Shown: positions 7,132-16,933 of the stretch, piece after piece | How the letters are laid out: every line of letters begins with the position of its first letter | How positions within the stretch are numbered: the first letter of the stretch is position 1 | Source: a virus | Taxonomy: Duplodnaviria > Caudoviricetes | Direction: 5' to 3' (one strand) | Virus record (IMG/VR): IMGVR_UViG_3300042898_005595 | Span: 1 to 60,222 of that record | DNA length: 60,222 bases | The notes under the pieces: model-generated | The model's input: the letters and a program-made list of their open reading frames with translations, nothing else | Databases searched by the model: none | Told to the model about the DNA's origin: nothing | Program-made: the position numbers and the translations under genes

Positions 7132-7168
7132 AAAACAAAAAACCCAGTCAATTTGATTTGACTGGGTT
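7132..7168 (-). terminator. Attenuator terminator of the Glu/Tyr tRNA operon
   Basis: AACCCAGTCAA-ATCAAA-TTGACTGGGTT then TTTTGTTTT. Confidence 0.88.
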
Positions 7169-7195
7169 ACTTGTGTTTTTAGTTAATATTTTATA

Positions 7196-7276
7196 TCAAC
7201 TTTTCACAGACATAGTATCTCCAGTCGCTGAGTGTTCTTCATACGCTTCATAATAATATGTTGTTACAGTTGTCAT
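7196..7276 (-). CDS. Leader peptide (26 aa, Tyr/Glu-rich)
   Basis: MTTVTTYYYEAYEEHSATGDTMSVKS*; TAT TAT TAT GAA GCG TAT GAA GAA. Confidence 0.85.
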   Translation of the reverse strand: MTTVTTYYYEAYEEHSATGDTMSVKS

Positions 7277-7311
7277 GATTTCTTTATTTTAAATTGTTCT
7301 ATTTTGTTTTA

Positions 7312-7342
7312 CAAATATACGGAGATTTTTTAAACCACCAAA
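7312..7342 (-). promoter_or_regulatory. Bacteroidota-type promoter driving the Tyr/Glu leader
   Basis: TTTG-N19-TATATTTG. Confidence 0.78.
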
Positions 7343-7361
7343 TATTTGTAAAACTTTTTTG

Positions 7362-7433
7362 TAGCGGGGGGTGGAATCGAACCACCGACCTTTAGGTTAT
7401 GAGCCTAACGAGCTGCCTCTGCTCTACCCCGCA
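7362..7433 (-). tRNA. tRNA-Met(CAU), initiator-like
   Basis: TGCGGGGTAGAGCAG..AGCTCG, anticodon arm TTAGG-CTCATAA-CCTAA, 1:72 mismatch; own TATATTTG at 7451-7458. Confidence 0.88.
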
Positions 7434-7538
7434 ATATTTAGTATATATTACAAATATACTTCTTTGTTTTAATTTTTTTAATATATAATTTTATAATTAA
7501 CTTTTTTTTATTATATTTGTAAAACAAACAACAGAACT

Positions 7539-7886
7539 ATGACAAATTTCCTATCAATAGATGAACGTAATCAAATTGAGAAAGCAAAGGCTGAAATTAA
7601 GTCAGAACTATCTCGATTAAGAAACAAAATTAATAATTTTGTAGGTATTGAAATATTTACTTTTATTCTAACACTTTCATATCTCAATAATCAATCTTTT
7701 CTATTTGATACCAATCCAATTGTTGCATGGTCAATCCTTACAGGATTAGTCCTATTTCAAGTTATTCTAGTAATGGCCACACGAGTGGCTCTATACAATT
7801 GGAATACTAACCAACGTGTATTAGAGATTTATGACATGTCAGACGAAGAGTTTGACAGAAAATTCAAAGAATTCTGTGAAAAATAA
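7539..7886 (+). CDS. Two-TM membrane protein
   Basis: Two hydrophobic segments; TATATTTG at 7512-7519. Confidence 0.7.
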   Translation: MTNFLSIDERNQIEKAKAEIKSELSRLRNKINNFVGIEIFTFILTLSYLNNQSFLFDTNPIVAWSILTGLVLFQVILVMATRVALYNWNTNQRVLEIYDMSDEEFDRKFKEFCEK

Positions 7887-7909
7887 AAAAGACCTTTTAG
7901 GTCTTTTTT
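7885..7909. terminator. Bidirectional intrinsic terminator
   Basis: AAAAAAGACCT-TTT-AGGTCTTTTTT between convergent genes. Confidence 0.8.
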
Positions 7910-7919
7910 ATTTTAATTT

Positions 7920-8345
7920 TTAATTAGTTGAATCAACTAAGATATCATCTTCATCGGGAAGATCAAAAACTTCTTCATCATCTTTATCAACTTCATTATA
8001 GAGATTTTTGATGAAGTTTGGTGCAGGAACTTTTGCTGTTTTAAAATCTACTAAACTTGGAACTGTTGTTCTAAAAGTAGATAAAAGATAAACTACACTC
8101 CAAACAAAATTTAAATCTTTTAAACATAGTAGAGAGAATACTACTGGAACTAAAATTGGAGAGAATGCTACTAGTCGAACTTGAGTTAGAGTGTTAAGGT
8201 TAGAAATATAAATCCTAACACAGTCAAGTCTCTTGATACGGATCTTATTAATTCTACTGAAAAGTAGAAGAGCAACAAGTATATGTGATAACTCGTGTAG
8301 AACAAGAGCGGGTAAACACCAGATATTTTTATAGAATTTAATCAT
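7920..8345 (-). CDS. Membrane protein with HExxH motif (zincin/M50-like)
   Basis: LVLHELSHILVA..VAFSP. Confidence 0.6.
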   Translation of the reverse strand: MIKFYKNIWCLPALVLHELSHILVALLLFSRINKIRIKRLDCVRIYISNLNTLTQVRLVAFSPILVPVVFSLLCLKDLNFVWSVVYLLSTFRTTVPSLVDFKTAKVPAPNFIKNLYNEVDKDDEEVFDLPDEDDILVDSTN

Positions 8346-8403
8346 GTCTATATGTTGTTTGTTTTACAAATATATGAAAAAAAATGATTAATAAAAAAAT
8401 TAT

Positions 8404-8826
8404 TTAGGTGTTTTGTAAAATTTTTAGGTCAATATCATCAAGAGAATCTCTACCATATTCATTAATTTTATCTAACACATCATCAGTATTTAAATTTTGA
8501 ATACGGATTTGATCAATACTCCATTTAAAAATTTCGTTGTACTTATAAACTCGATGTAGAAGAGGATCAACATCAATCATCTTAACAACTGATTGAGTGA
8601 TATCTGTATAAGAAAAAGAAACACCTTCAGAAACTAATTTTGAAATATATTCATTAGTTTTCTGAGGTGTTTCAGTTAAAAATATTATGTGTCTCTTTCC
8701 TTCTGTTGGAGTTAATCCCCAAGATTGAAAATCTCTTTGATCGATTTCACAATCTTTAGCAATCATTTCAAACTTAAAGACGACCAATCCAAGTGTGTTA
8801 GTGATTCTTTTATTTTCCGGAAGCAT
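8404..8826 (-). CDS. Hypothetical protein with C-terminal rhomboid-tail-like (DUF6576-like) motif
   Basis: DDVLDKINEYGRDSLDDIDLKIL. Confidence 0.55.
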   Translation of the reverse strand: MLPENKRITNTLGLVVFKFEMIAKDCEIDQRDFQSWGLTPTEGKRHIIFLTETPQKTNEYISKLVSEGVSFSYTDITQSVVKMIDVDPLLHRVYKYNEIFKWSIDQIRIQNLNTDDVLDKINEYGRDSLDDIDLKILQNT

Positions 8827-8901
8827 TTTGAATTTTTTATGGTCTAAATATATAAAAAAATTTATATAAAAACAAATTTTTTAAAATTATTAACCGTGTT
8901 G

Positions 8902-9324
8902 TTACGTTCCACTACCAAATCCATGAGGTTGTTTACCTTTAACAAACGAATCAATTACTTGGTAGATATATCTGTAAGCCTTTTTAATTTTTTCATCGGC
9001 CTCTTTGAAAAATTTTGGAGGCCCACCTAACATCGGTCCAGATGGATTTGCCCATCTATTAGATTCACCCATTTCAATCGCTTTTTTATAATCATCCATA
9101 GTTAAATCTGAAAGATCAACTATTCCGTCTATTTTCTTATCAGGGTTTCTAGCTTCCAAATCTATGTACTTCTTTGGTAATGGGTCAAGAGAATCCGGAA
9201 TTACACCAACTTTATCAGCCATCATTTTTTTTCTATTATCCTCATCCTGAAGATATTTGTATACAGGTGAGTCTAAAATTCCTTCGTTTATTTGAAAACT
9301 TTCAAATGTTTTTAAGTGTTTCAT
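8902..9324 (-). CDS. Hypothetical protein with CTS-like N-terminus
   Basis: MKHLKTFESFQINE. Confidence 0.65.
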   Translation of the reverse strand: MKHLKTFESFQINEGILDSPVYKYLQDEDNRKKMMADKVGVIPDSLDPLPKKYIDLEARNPDKKIDGIVDLSDLTMDDYKKAIEMGESNRWANPSGPMLGGPPKFFKEADEKIKKAYRYIYQVIDSFVKGKQPHGFGSGT

Positions 9325-9391
9325 AATTTTTTAAATTATTTTTTTATATTGTATATATTAGTTTTTTAAATCACTTTTTTATATATATGAT

Positions 9392-9868
9392 ATGAAACAT
9401 ATAAATAATTATAAGTTATTTCTTGAATCTAAATCTTATTCAAACTCTTTAATAAGGGATGATAATTTCTATGTTGATTATACATTTGAAGATGATTTAG
9501 GTAATAGATTTCTTGTTCAATTTAAAAATATAACGATAGGTAAAGGAAATTTAAGTAAAGAATATACAATGTCTTATTTTGTTTGGGATGATGATATACA
9601 AGATTGGTCAGTCTCAAAACTAGCAGAATCAAATCCTTGGAGGATTTTATCAACGGTATTAGGAGATATCACAAATGACTTCCTAAAAAGAAAATCATTT
9701 ATTTGTAATAAACTTCAATTTGAAGGATTAGCTAAGGAAAATGAAAAGGGATATATGACACAAAGAACAAAGATGTATCTAAGACATTTAGAAAATAACC
9801 CAATACCTAATTTTAGAATGAGTAATTACGGTAATAACACTATTACACTCACAAGAATTAATAAATAA
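9392..9868 (+). CDS. Hypothetical protein with CTS-like N-terminus, paralog of 39107-39643
   Basis: MKHINNYKLFLES; shared Y.F..D, NP..ILSTV..IT..FLK and R..Y motifs. Confidence 0.65.
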   Translation: MKHINNYKLFLESKSYSNSLIRDDNFYVDYTFEDDLGNRFLVQFKNITIGKGNLSKEYTMSYFVWDDDIQDWSVSKLAESNPWRILSTVLGDITNDFLKRKSFICNKLQFEGLAKENEKGYMTQRTKMYLRHLENNPIPNFRMSNYGNNTITLTRINK

Positions 9869-9871
9869 GTT

Positions 9872-10219
9872 ATGAACAGACCAGAGGTTAGAATAATACA
9901 AGACCAACAAGAAGAGATTAAACCAGCTGATATTTCACAAAATGAAGCTGAAATGCTTCTTGCTAGATATGGTTATGCATCACAACCACAATCTTACCAA
10001 CCTACTCAAAATAATGGATTAACATTTGAGGAAATGATAAGATTACAAGAACAAGAAAATCAACAAAGATTACAAGAACAAATGAAAAAAGTTAATGGTC
10101 CAAAACCATATACATTTGGTGGTAATTACGATACAAATACTGTGTATGGAACAGATGATGGATTCACTTTTAAAGTAAATATAGTAAGTGATATGCCACT
10201 ACCAAAAAGAGATTATTAA
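9872..10219 (+). CDS. Gln-rich hypothetical protein
   Basis: ORF track. Confidence 0.6.
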   Translation: MNRPEVRIIQDQQEEIKPADISQNEAEMLLARYGYASQPQSYQPTQNNGLTFEEMIRLQEQENQQRLQEQMKKVNGPKPYTFGGNYDTNTVYGTDDGFTFKVNIVSDMPLPKRDY

Positions 10220-10220
10220 T

Positions 10221-10910
10221 ATGAAACACATTAAATCATTTCAAAAACACAATGAAGAAATTAGTTTAAAAGGAGTCTTAGCAACAGGAGCCGTAATTGG
10301 TGGTCTTGCCACTGGAGGTGCTTATTTACATGATAAAAATATTGAACCTAAAGAGATTGTGCAATCAAACCATGTTGATATACCAAACTCTTTCCAATTA
10401 AAAAAGAAAATTCTTTCTATTGGAACAGATATGTATATCACAAATGATAATAGAGATAATTTTGGAAAAATAGAAGAAAGAGTCTTATCTTGGGGGAAAA
10501 CTTTCCAATACTATGATAATACTGGGAAGATATTATCAACTGCTAAACAAGAGGTATTCAGTTTTGGAACTAAAATTAATATCACTAATGAAAATGGTCA
10601 AAAAATTGGTTCAGTAGAACAGGAAATAATTGAGTCTATGTTTTCACTACACTCGATTTATAGTATAAAAGATGAAAATGATGAAGTAATTGCTACTTCA
10701 AAAAAACTAGACTTCTTCACATCATATGTTGATATTTTTGATGTATCAGGTAAATTTGTAGCAAATTTTGATCAGAGAGCATTTACAATAGCAGATAAAT
10801 GGAATTGTAAGATTGAATCAACACCAATTGATAAAAGACTAATAATATTCATACCATCTTTTGTATCATCAGCACAATCTGATAAAAGAGAAAAAGAAGG
10901 AAAAAAATAA
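10221..10910 (+). CDS. LURP-one/scramblase-like protein with N-terminal hydrophobic helix
   Basis: MKHIKSF start; repeated KKILSIG/ERVLSWG/QEVFSFG beta units. Confidence 0.6.
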   Translation: MKHIKSFQKHNEEISLKGVLATGAVIGGLATGGAYLHDKNIEPKEIVQSNHVDIPNSFQLKKKILSIGTDMYITNDNRDNFGKIEERVLSWGKTFQYYDNTGKILSTAKQEVFSFGTKINITNENGQKIGSVEQEIIESMFSLHSIYSIKDENDEVIATSKKLDFFTSYVDIFDVSGKFVANFDQRAFTIADKWNCKIESTPIDKRLIIFIPSFVSSAQSDKREKEGKK

Positions 10911-10912
10911 GA

Positions 10913-11392
10913 TTAATCTAAATGTCTCATATCTTTATGAGAAGCCTTTGGTTTATTATTATGTGTCCATAATCTGGTAAAAGGTGTTGTAAAGAAATCA
11001 TTATAAATTAATGTATCATCAATATGCAATGATATACCATGTTCTCTACAATATTCTCCTTTAGCCTTATCCCAAGCATCACCTGCAAATTTCTTTTGAA
11101 TTGTACCATCTGGAAATTTAATTTCACCAGTAGTTGGTGTGTCTATTTCAATTAGGTGATCATAAACTGAAAAATTATGAGTCCATTTAACCCCATAAGA
11201 ATTAATTAAATCTTCTAAATCTTGATTCCAAGATCCACCTGTGATGATATGAATTTCTCCACCATTTTTAATTACAGAATCAGTTAAGAATGCGAAAAAT
11301 TCAGGAAGAGCATCTATTACACCATGTAAGTCTAAACCAATTTTAAACTTTGAAGATGTTGGTTCTGTTAATTTTGAAAATTTACTTATCAT
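10913..11392 (-). CDS. HAD-superfamily-like protein
   Basis: IGLDLHGVI, IITG, K, LHIDD. Confidence 0.6.
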   Translation of the reverse strand: MISKFSKLTEPTSSKFKIGLDLHGVIDALPEFFAFLTDSVIKNGGEIHIITGGSWNQDLEDLINSYGVKWTHNFSVYDHLIEIDTPTTGEIKFPDGTIQKKFAGDAWDKAKGEYCREHGISLHIDDTLIYNDFFTTPFTRLWTHNNKPKASHKDMRHLD

Positions 11393-11408
11393 AAATTATA
11401 TATTAAGG

Positions 11409-11795
11409 TTAATAAACTAAATCTCTCCAATATGGATCTTCGACATGAACAACCAAAATACCTAGTTCTGAAATCATTTTAACTTCAATTTCTGAATTCT
11501 CAAAATGCTTGTTAATACCAAGAGATTTGATCGTATCAGATTTCCATTCTCTGTTTGTAAATATACAATTATTTTGGTTAATATTCAAATCTTTAGCTAA
11601 ATCCCAAACTTTTAAATGTTCATTTGTTAATCCAAGGTTTTTAAATTCTGGACCATACCTCTTTGTTATTATATAAATATCATGTCCTTGACTGATATAG
11701 TTAGAAGCAATTCTCTGGACCTCAACTTTTTGTTTATTAAAAGTTCCATCAAAATCATCTTCAAGAGTTCCATCAAAGTCAAAAGATATCCGCAT
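11409..11795 (-). CDS. HAD-superfamily hydrolase
   Basis: ISFDFDGTL, IITKR, WK. Confidence 0.7.
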   Translation of the reverse strand: MRISFDFDGTLEDDFDGTFNKQKVEVQRIASNYISQGHDIYIITKRYGPEFKNLGLTNEHLKVWDLAKDLNINQNNCIFTNREWKSDTIKSLGINKHFENSEIEVKMISELGILVVHVEDPYWRDLVY

Positions 11796-12259
11796 TATTT
11801 AATACTTAAAATTTCTAATTTCATTAATCCAGAAGGTACTTGAACATCAACAATTTCACCAACTTTTTTACCAATCAGTGCCATCCCAATAGGAGAATTG
11901 AAAGATATCTTACCATTTTTTGTATCAATCTCATTTTCAGAAACTAATTTCCAAACCTGAATCATATTCATTTTATGGTTTTTTATTTCAACAGTTGATA
12001 ACATATTTACACGATCTTGAGAAAGAGCACTTTCAGTTATTATCTCAGATGTTCTAATCTTTTCTTTTAATTGTGCAATTTTATTCATAACATTTGCATG
12101 ATATTCCTTAGCGGCATCATACTCAGCATTCTCAGATAAATCTCCTTTATCACGAGCTTCTTGGAGCATCTGTATCGCATTTCTATACTCAACAGATGTT
12201 AAATTTTCCAAATCATCTGTCATCATTTTATACCCAATTTTTGTTGTATAATTTTTCAT
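11795..12259 (-). CDS. greA: Transcription elongation factor GreA
   Basis: AR.KGDLSENAEYDAAKE, ISFNSPIGMALIGKKVGE. Confidence 0.92.
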   Translation of the reverse strand: MKNYTTKIGYKMMTDDLENLTSVEYRNAIQMLQEARDKGDLSENAEYDAAKEYHANVMNKIAQLKEKIRTSEIITESALSQDRVNMLSTVEIKNHKMNMIQVWKLVSENEIDTKNGKISFNSPIGMALIGKKVGEIVDVQVPSGLMKLEILSIK

Positions 12260-12308
12260 ATTTTTAAATATTTTTAATAGAAAGTTATATCTAAATTATT
12301 TGAAAAGT

Positions 12309-12923
12309 TTAATTTTCAAAAGTTTTTTTATAAACATCCTTAATAGCGTCAATGCCATCAATTGTTATCTCACGAGTTCCAATACCAGCAAAGTTTTGTG
12401 TTTTAATTTTTGGAGTATCATCAAGTTTAATAAAACTCATTGATGAATAAGACCATCTAAACCAAGACAATTTTAATTGATCAAATACATATATATCTTT
12501 ATTATGATTTACCCCCATTTGAACAGCATATCCAGTCCCACCATCAACTATTTGATATTTAGACTTTGAGTAAAATCCTTTGGGTGATTTCACACCAGGA
12601 TCAATAATATACCCAATAGCAAATATTTGAGTAGAATATTTTACTTGTGACCAGTTTCTAGCAAGTAAACTCATATACTTACTAATACCATATCTACACA
12701 AAACCTTATTAGCCTTAATGATTTCATCAACTCCTTGTTGATAATCTTCATCAGAAATCTCTACCTTATTTTTACCAGTATGGTAACTTGTCTTATATGA
12801 ATAAGCATTCGTTTTAACACCAAATGGTTCACCTAATTGGTCCCAATAAGTATCAGCTCCCAGAGCACCACCTGAATGACAAGTCACATTTGTCAAATCT
12901 ATTTTATCTATTTCAAAAATCAT
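12309..12923 (-). CDS. SLOG-superfamily-like protein
   Basis: HSGGALGAD..W, ARN, GGTGYAV, FAGIGTR. Confidence 0.55.
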   Translation of the reverse strand: MIFEIDKIDLTNVTCHSGGALGADTYWDQLGEPFGVKTNAYSYKTSYHTGKNKVEISDEDYQQGVDEIIKANKVLCRYGISKYMSLLARNWSQVKYSTQIFAIGYIIDPGVKSPKGFYSKSKYQIVDGGTGYAVQMGVNHNKDIYVFDQLKLSWFRWSYSSMSFIKLDDTPKIKTQNFAGIGTREITIDGIDAIKDVYKKTFEN

Positions 12924-13786
12924 AATTTTACTTTTAGATTATCAATTGCCCAAATAGCCTTTCTACCATTACTTTTAAAGTAAAGATCACGAATATCTAA
13001 TTCTTCACCGGTTATATACTCTTTAAATTTAATAAAAAACAAAGTACCATCAACTCCCATCATTTCTCGATGAACTAAATTCCCATCAATATCATAGAGA
13101 TTGTCAATTCTAAAATCCTCTACACGATCAATAGTAAAGATTTTTGTTTTATACTTATCATGATCTATTTCACCGTATATACTCTCAATCTCTTTAAAAT
13201 CTTTAAATGAAAAAATTACCTCATCATTCCTAACACCTTCGACTTGAAGTTTGTCTTGATATTTACGAACCATCTCTTGTATTAGATGCCTCTGAACTTT
13301 AATCAGTCTTTTTGGATTAACATTACCAAAAATAAATTGTCGAAGATATTTAGAATGTAAAAATACCTTAGGTAGATTAAATTTACTCAGAAAATCAATG
13401 TAATCATTACCCAATTCATTTATATGATCAGGATCATAGTGTTTAAGAGCAACCCAATTTGCACTCCTTAAGTCAATTGAGAGATACTTAATTTCTTCTA
13501 CATACTCAATTGACTTAGCAGTTGGATAGTCAATTAGGTTTTTATCATAACACAACTCATTATAAGCATTAGTGCCCTTAATAAAATCTATAATCTCCTG
13601 TGATTTATTTTTTCTAAATTCATACGCATCAGAAATTTCCATTTCCGACTCTTCATAAAGAGATAAGAAATGCTTAATGTCTTTATACTTTTGGGTCTTA
13701 GACATCTGATCGATATAATAATCTAAATGTTCTATTACCGGAACATTTAGATCAAATAACTTAACAAAACTTTTCGGGTCTTTCAT
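12920..13786 (-). CDS. Hypothetical protein, possible divergent polymerase-palm-like fold
   Basis: YLSIDLRSANW and RNDEVIF acidic motifs. Confidence 0.35.
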   Translation of the reverse strand: MKDPKSFVKLFDLNVPVIEHLDYYIDQMSKTQKYKDIKHFLSLYEESEMEISDAYEFRKNKSQEIIDFIKGTNAYNELCYDKNLIDYPTAKSIEYVEEIKYLSIDLRSANWVALKHYDPDHINELGNDYIDFLSKFNLPKVFLHSKYLRQFIFGNVNPKRLIKVQRHLIQEMVRKYQDKLQVEGVRNDEVIFSFKDFKEIESIYGEIDHDKYKTKIFTIDRVEDFRIDNLYDIDGNLVHREMMGVDGTLFFIKFKEYITGEELDIRDLYFKSNGRKAIWAIDNLKVKL

Positions 13787-14000
13787 CTAAAATACTGTTT
13801 ATCTTACTATCTCTTATTTTAGATAGTACATTGTTTATATCATCTTTAATATCTGAATTTTGTAAATGTTCTATCAAATCTGGAAGAATCTTCTTATTGT
13901 CGGAATGTTTAACTAATTCAATAAGAATAGATTCAATAAATTCATCGTAATCTAAATTGAGAAAGTTTGAAATATCTTCTTCCGCTATTGGTTTATACAT
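13761..14000 (-). CDS. Hypothetical protein
   Basis: ORF with C-terminal RDSKINSIL. Confidence 0.55.
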   Translation of the reverse strand: MYKPIAEEDISNFLNLDYDEFIESILIELVKHSDNKKILPDLIEHLQNSDIKDDINNVLSKIRDSKINSILDERPEKFC

Positions 14001-14473
14001 TTATAAATTCTTTTATCGTGGTTAAAAGCAAAATTATAGTTTGGTAGTTCATCACCAGTGATCCACTTAATATCTAATGTCTCACCTGGATCAACACTAG
14101 ATAAGTCATATTTTGGTTCAGTTTCAGAATCAATAGTGATTCTGAAGTGTATTGCGATATCTTGTTTCCAATTTACTCCAGGTTCGGTAACTAATTCATA
14201 AGGTGATTCTAAACCCGATACTTTATAAATTCTCAAGTCAATACCACTCTCTTCATAAATTTCTCTAACAGCACATTCTGATGCTGATTCACCCCAATCC
14301 AAATATCCACAAGGTGAGCACCACTTTGTAGGACAAGATACTTGTGGTCCTCTCTGTAAAACCAAAAATTTATCTCGCCACATTACAACCGCAACAATAG
14401 CAACAGATCGTGAAATCCAATGGATCTTACCACTTTCATCACGAATCATTTCATTTGGTTTATTATTGAACAT
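13985..14473 (-). CDS. Nudix hydrolase
   Basis: GYLDWGESASECAVREIYEESG Nudix box; AFNH. Confidence 0.9.
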   Translation of the reverse strand: MFNNKPNEMIRDESGKIHWISRSVAIVAVVMWRDKFLVLQRGPQVSCPTKWCSPCGYLDWGESASECAVREIYEESGIDLRIYKVSGLESPYELVTEPGVNWKQDIAIHFRITIDSETEPKYDLSSVDPGETLDIKWITGDELPNYNFAFNHDKRIYKCINQ

Positions 14474-14844
14474 AATTCTATAATTTACTTTCTAAAAATT
14501 ATTCTATCAATTTTAAGAAATGTGTTTTTAATAACACCAAATATAGTATTATTTCTCTTAATATCCAAAATTTGATCTATTTTATCTGATGCCTTATCCG
14601 TCAATATATTATCAGAATCAGATAAAATAGACTTCAACCTATCATAAGGTTTAAGTTTTAATTCATCATTTTCCATCATTGATATCAGTTGTTGAGAATT
14701 TAGCAGAATAAAAGTTCTTTTTAATAATAGAAACCAATTTGGACCTTTCTTCCTTTGATAAATTTGTATTAATAAAGAAAGAGTCTAATTCCTTAAGAAA
14801 ATCATCTGGTAGGTCAGATATAGTGTTCAATTCATTTACGTATT

Positions 14845-15060
14845 TCATAGTATATAATTAATTTCGTGATCAAATCTTTTTTTAATAATTTGTTGTAGGA
14901 TTTGACAATCCTCGTATCTTTCATACCTCTCAAGATAAATAAGAACCTTCTCTAAGAATTCTTGAGAATAAAATTTAATATTTTTATCATGATAGATACC
15001 AGACTTTAATCTTAAAAAGGTATCATTCATAATCAAATCATGTGACTTCAATCGTATCAT
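14845..15060 (-). CDS. Small protein with UVR-like motif
   Basis: ERYEDCQILQ. Confidence 0.45.
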   Translation of the reverse strand: MIRLKSHDLIMNDTFLRLKSGIYHDKNIKFYSQEFLEKVLIYLERYERYEDCQILQQIIKKRFDHEINYIL

Positions 15061-15620
15061 TTACTGCAATTTTTTAAAAATTCTTTTTCTTTTTCAGTTA
15101 AATTATCATAACCAACAATATTAATCTTATCTAAGACTTCATCTAAAGTAAGATTATCCTTTTTCACTTTCTTTTTGGGTTGGTTATTAGATGAAAGTCT
15201 CATATACGTCTGTCTATCAATAATATTATTTTGAAGATAAACCACATCATTAATCATTAAACTAAATCTAGACCATACTTTGGCATTTATTTTATCCAAT
15301 AAATCTTGATTCACAATCTCACTAGTATAAATACATTCAGCTCCCTTAAAAATAGAAATATCCTTCTTATCTATGAAAAGCATAACCTGTATTTCGCCTT
15401 CGAGAGGAATAATCGTGTCAATCTGTATTACATGATTGACACGATTATTAAAATTAGTTTCATCAGAATCTAAATTTTCTAAAACCTGAGAGAATACTTT
15501 AGTTTGAATCCTCTTTAATTTAATTTTATTAAAAAGTGAAATTAAATAAACTGAAAGAGTCGTCAGTAATATACCAACGAAAATACCAAATATCCAAAAA
15601 TAAAAGAATATTATCTGCAT
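15057..15620 (-). CDS. Membrane-anchored protein with rhomboid-tail-like (DUF6576-like) C-terminus
   Basis: N-terminal TM; LDEVLDKINIVGYDNLTEKEKEFL. Confidence 0.6.
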   Translation of the reverse strand: MQIIFFYFWIFGIFVGILLTTLSVYLISLFNKIKLKRIQTKVFSQVLENLDSDETNFNNRVNHVIQIDTIIPLEGEIQVMLFIDKKDISIFKGAECIYTSEIVNQDLLDKINAKVWSRFSLMINDVVYLQNNIIDRQTYMRLSSNNQPKKKVKKDNLTLDEVLDKINIVGYDNLTEKEKEFLKNCSK

Positions 15621-16804
15621 AAGTTATAAATTTCTTTTCTAATATTAATCAAAATTTGTTCCACAAGATTCATATCAACTTTATCCGGTAAAGTTGAGTT
15701 CTTATATAGAATATCAATTTCCTTGATTTCACTCTCAACATGATCAATCAAAGTTTGAAGATCTACCTTACCTTGACGAATATCGATCAACTCCTGAGCA
15801 TTTGGTCGTCTAACAACAATACCCTTACCCTCAGCAATTTCACGAGCCATATCCATCAATCTTCGACAGTGCATCATATTCTTACCATCGATCTTTTGGC
15901 CATGAGATTCAACATCAACCCATCTTTGTTCATTACGTTGATCTAACCAAGTTTGATAAGATTTATAATCATTACAATGTTGAGTATAACCATCTTTATT
16001 GTAAGTGATAATACAAATAGGAGTTTCACCTTTTGGAATAGAAGATAATCTTAATTGATTTGATTCGGCTGAGGTAGCACCTTCTCCAGTTTTAACCAAA
16101 CCTTTATAACCAAACCCCATAGATAGTTCTGATTCTTTTCTTAGATATTTTGCAGACTCTCTTACATTTTCAGGAACTGATTCACTAAAACACATGTGAG
16201 CAATTTCGTCAAAGTAAACAGCATAAATATCTCTAGCATTTGGAACATTGACAATCCCAATAAATTTTTCATCATATTGAAAATCTTCATTCCAAACTTT
16301 CCAAGGAATAGATTTTCCACCTTCAATAACGTAACAAAAGTCTAATACATCTTTACGAGTCACTTTATCCTTCTCCCAGTTTTGTTTTTTATTCTGGCCT
16401 TTTGCTTTACTAATTTGCTCTTTAGCGTAACCACCAAAAGAATTAGCACAAATTTTAGTCAATAGATTATCTTTGTTTTGGAGAATCTTATCAAACAAAG
16501 GATGTTTATAAACAACACAATCTTCTGGAGTATTAAGAAGTTCTAAAACAGTCGGATTATTTTTAGCAAGAAGTTCTAGGAATCTACGAAGTTCATAGAT
16601 TACAATATCATTTTTATCATCGTTGATTTGATCAACGTATGACATACCAAGAATAGAATCTAAGTTCTGTACAAAAACTCCAGAATAATCAGTATCGGAA
16701 GTTGGAATATTAGTTCCATAAGCATGAGAACCACGAATCACAAGGTAAAGTGGAATACTTCCTGGTGATTTAGATTCAATTAGCTGAATAAGTTCATTTT
16801 TCAT
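15611..16804 (-). CDS. Pol-beta-superfamily nucleotidyltransferase (RlaP/YcgL-like)
   Basis: GSHAYGTNIPTSDTDYSG, NNPTVLELL, DGKNMMHCRRL. Confidence 0.8.
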   Translation of the reverse strand: MKNELIQLIESKSPGSIPLYLVIRGSHAYGTNIPTSDTDYSGVFVQNLDSILGMSYVDQINDDKNDIVIYELRRFLELLAKNNPTVLELLNTPEDCVVYKHPLFDKILQNKDNLLTKICANSFGGYAKEQISKAKGQNKKQNWEKDKVTRKDVLDFCYVIEGGKSIPWKVWNEDFQYDEKFIGIVNVPNARDIYAVYFDEIAHMCFSESVPENVRESAKYLRKESELSMGFGYKGLVKTGEGATSAESNQLRLSSIPKGETPICIITYNKDGYTQHCNDYKSYQTWLDQRNEQRWVDVESHGQKIDGKNMMHCRRLMDMAREIAEGKGIVVRRPNAQELIDIRQGKVDLQTLIDHVESEIKEIDILYKNSTLPDKVDMNLVEQILINIRKEIYNLCR

Positions 16805-16933
16805 ATTTTACAAATATATGTAATTTTTATAAACAAATTATTTAATTATTATATAAATTTAAGATTTCTTTGTTTGAGTTAAAAATAAAGTGGTGGAACC
16901 CGGCGCATTACATTAAAAAGTCGGCCCTGATTT

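Noticed and set aside
1238-7342. T-box riboswitches as the tRNA operon regulators
   Set aside because: No T-box consensus or specifier stem seen; open leader ORFs explain the layout better
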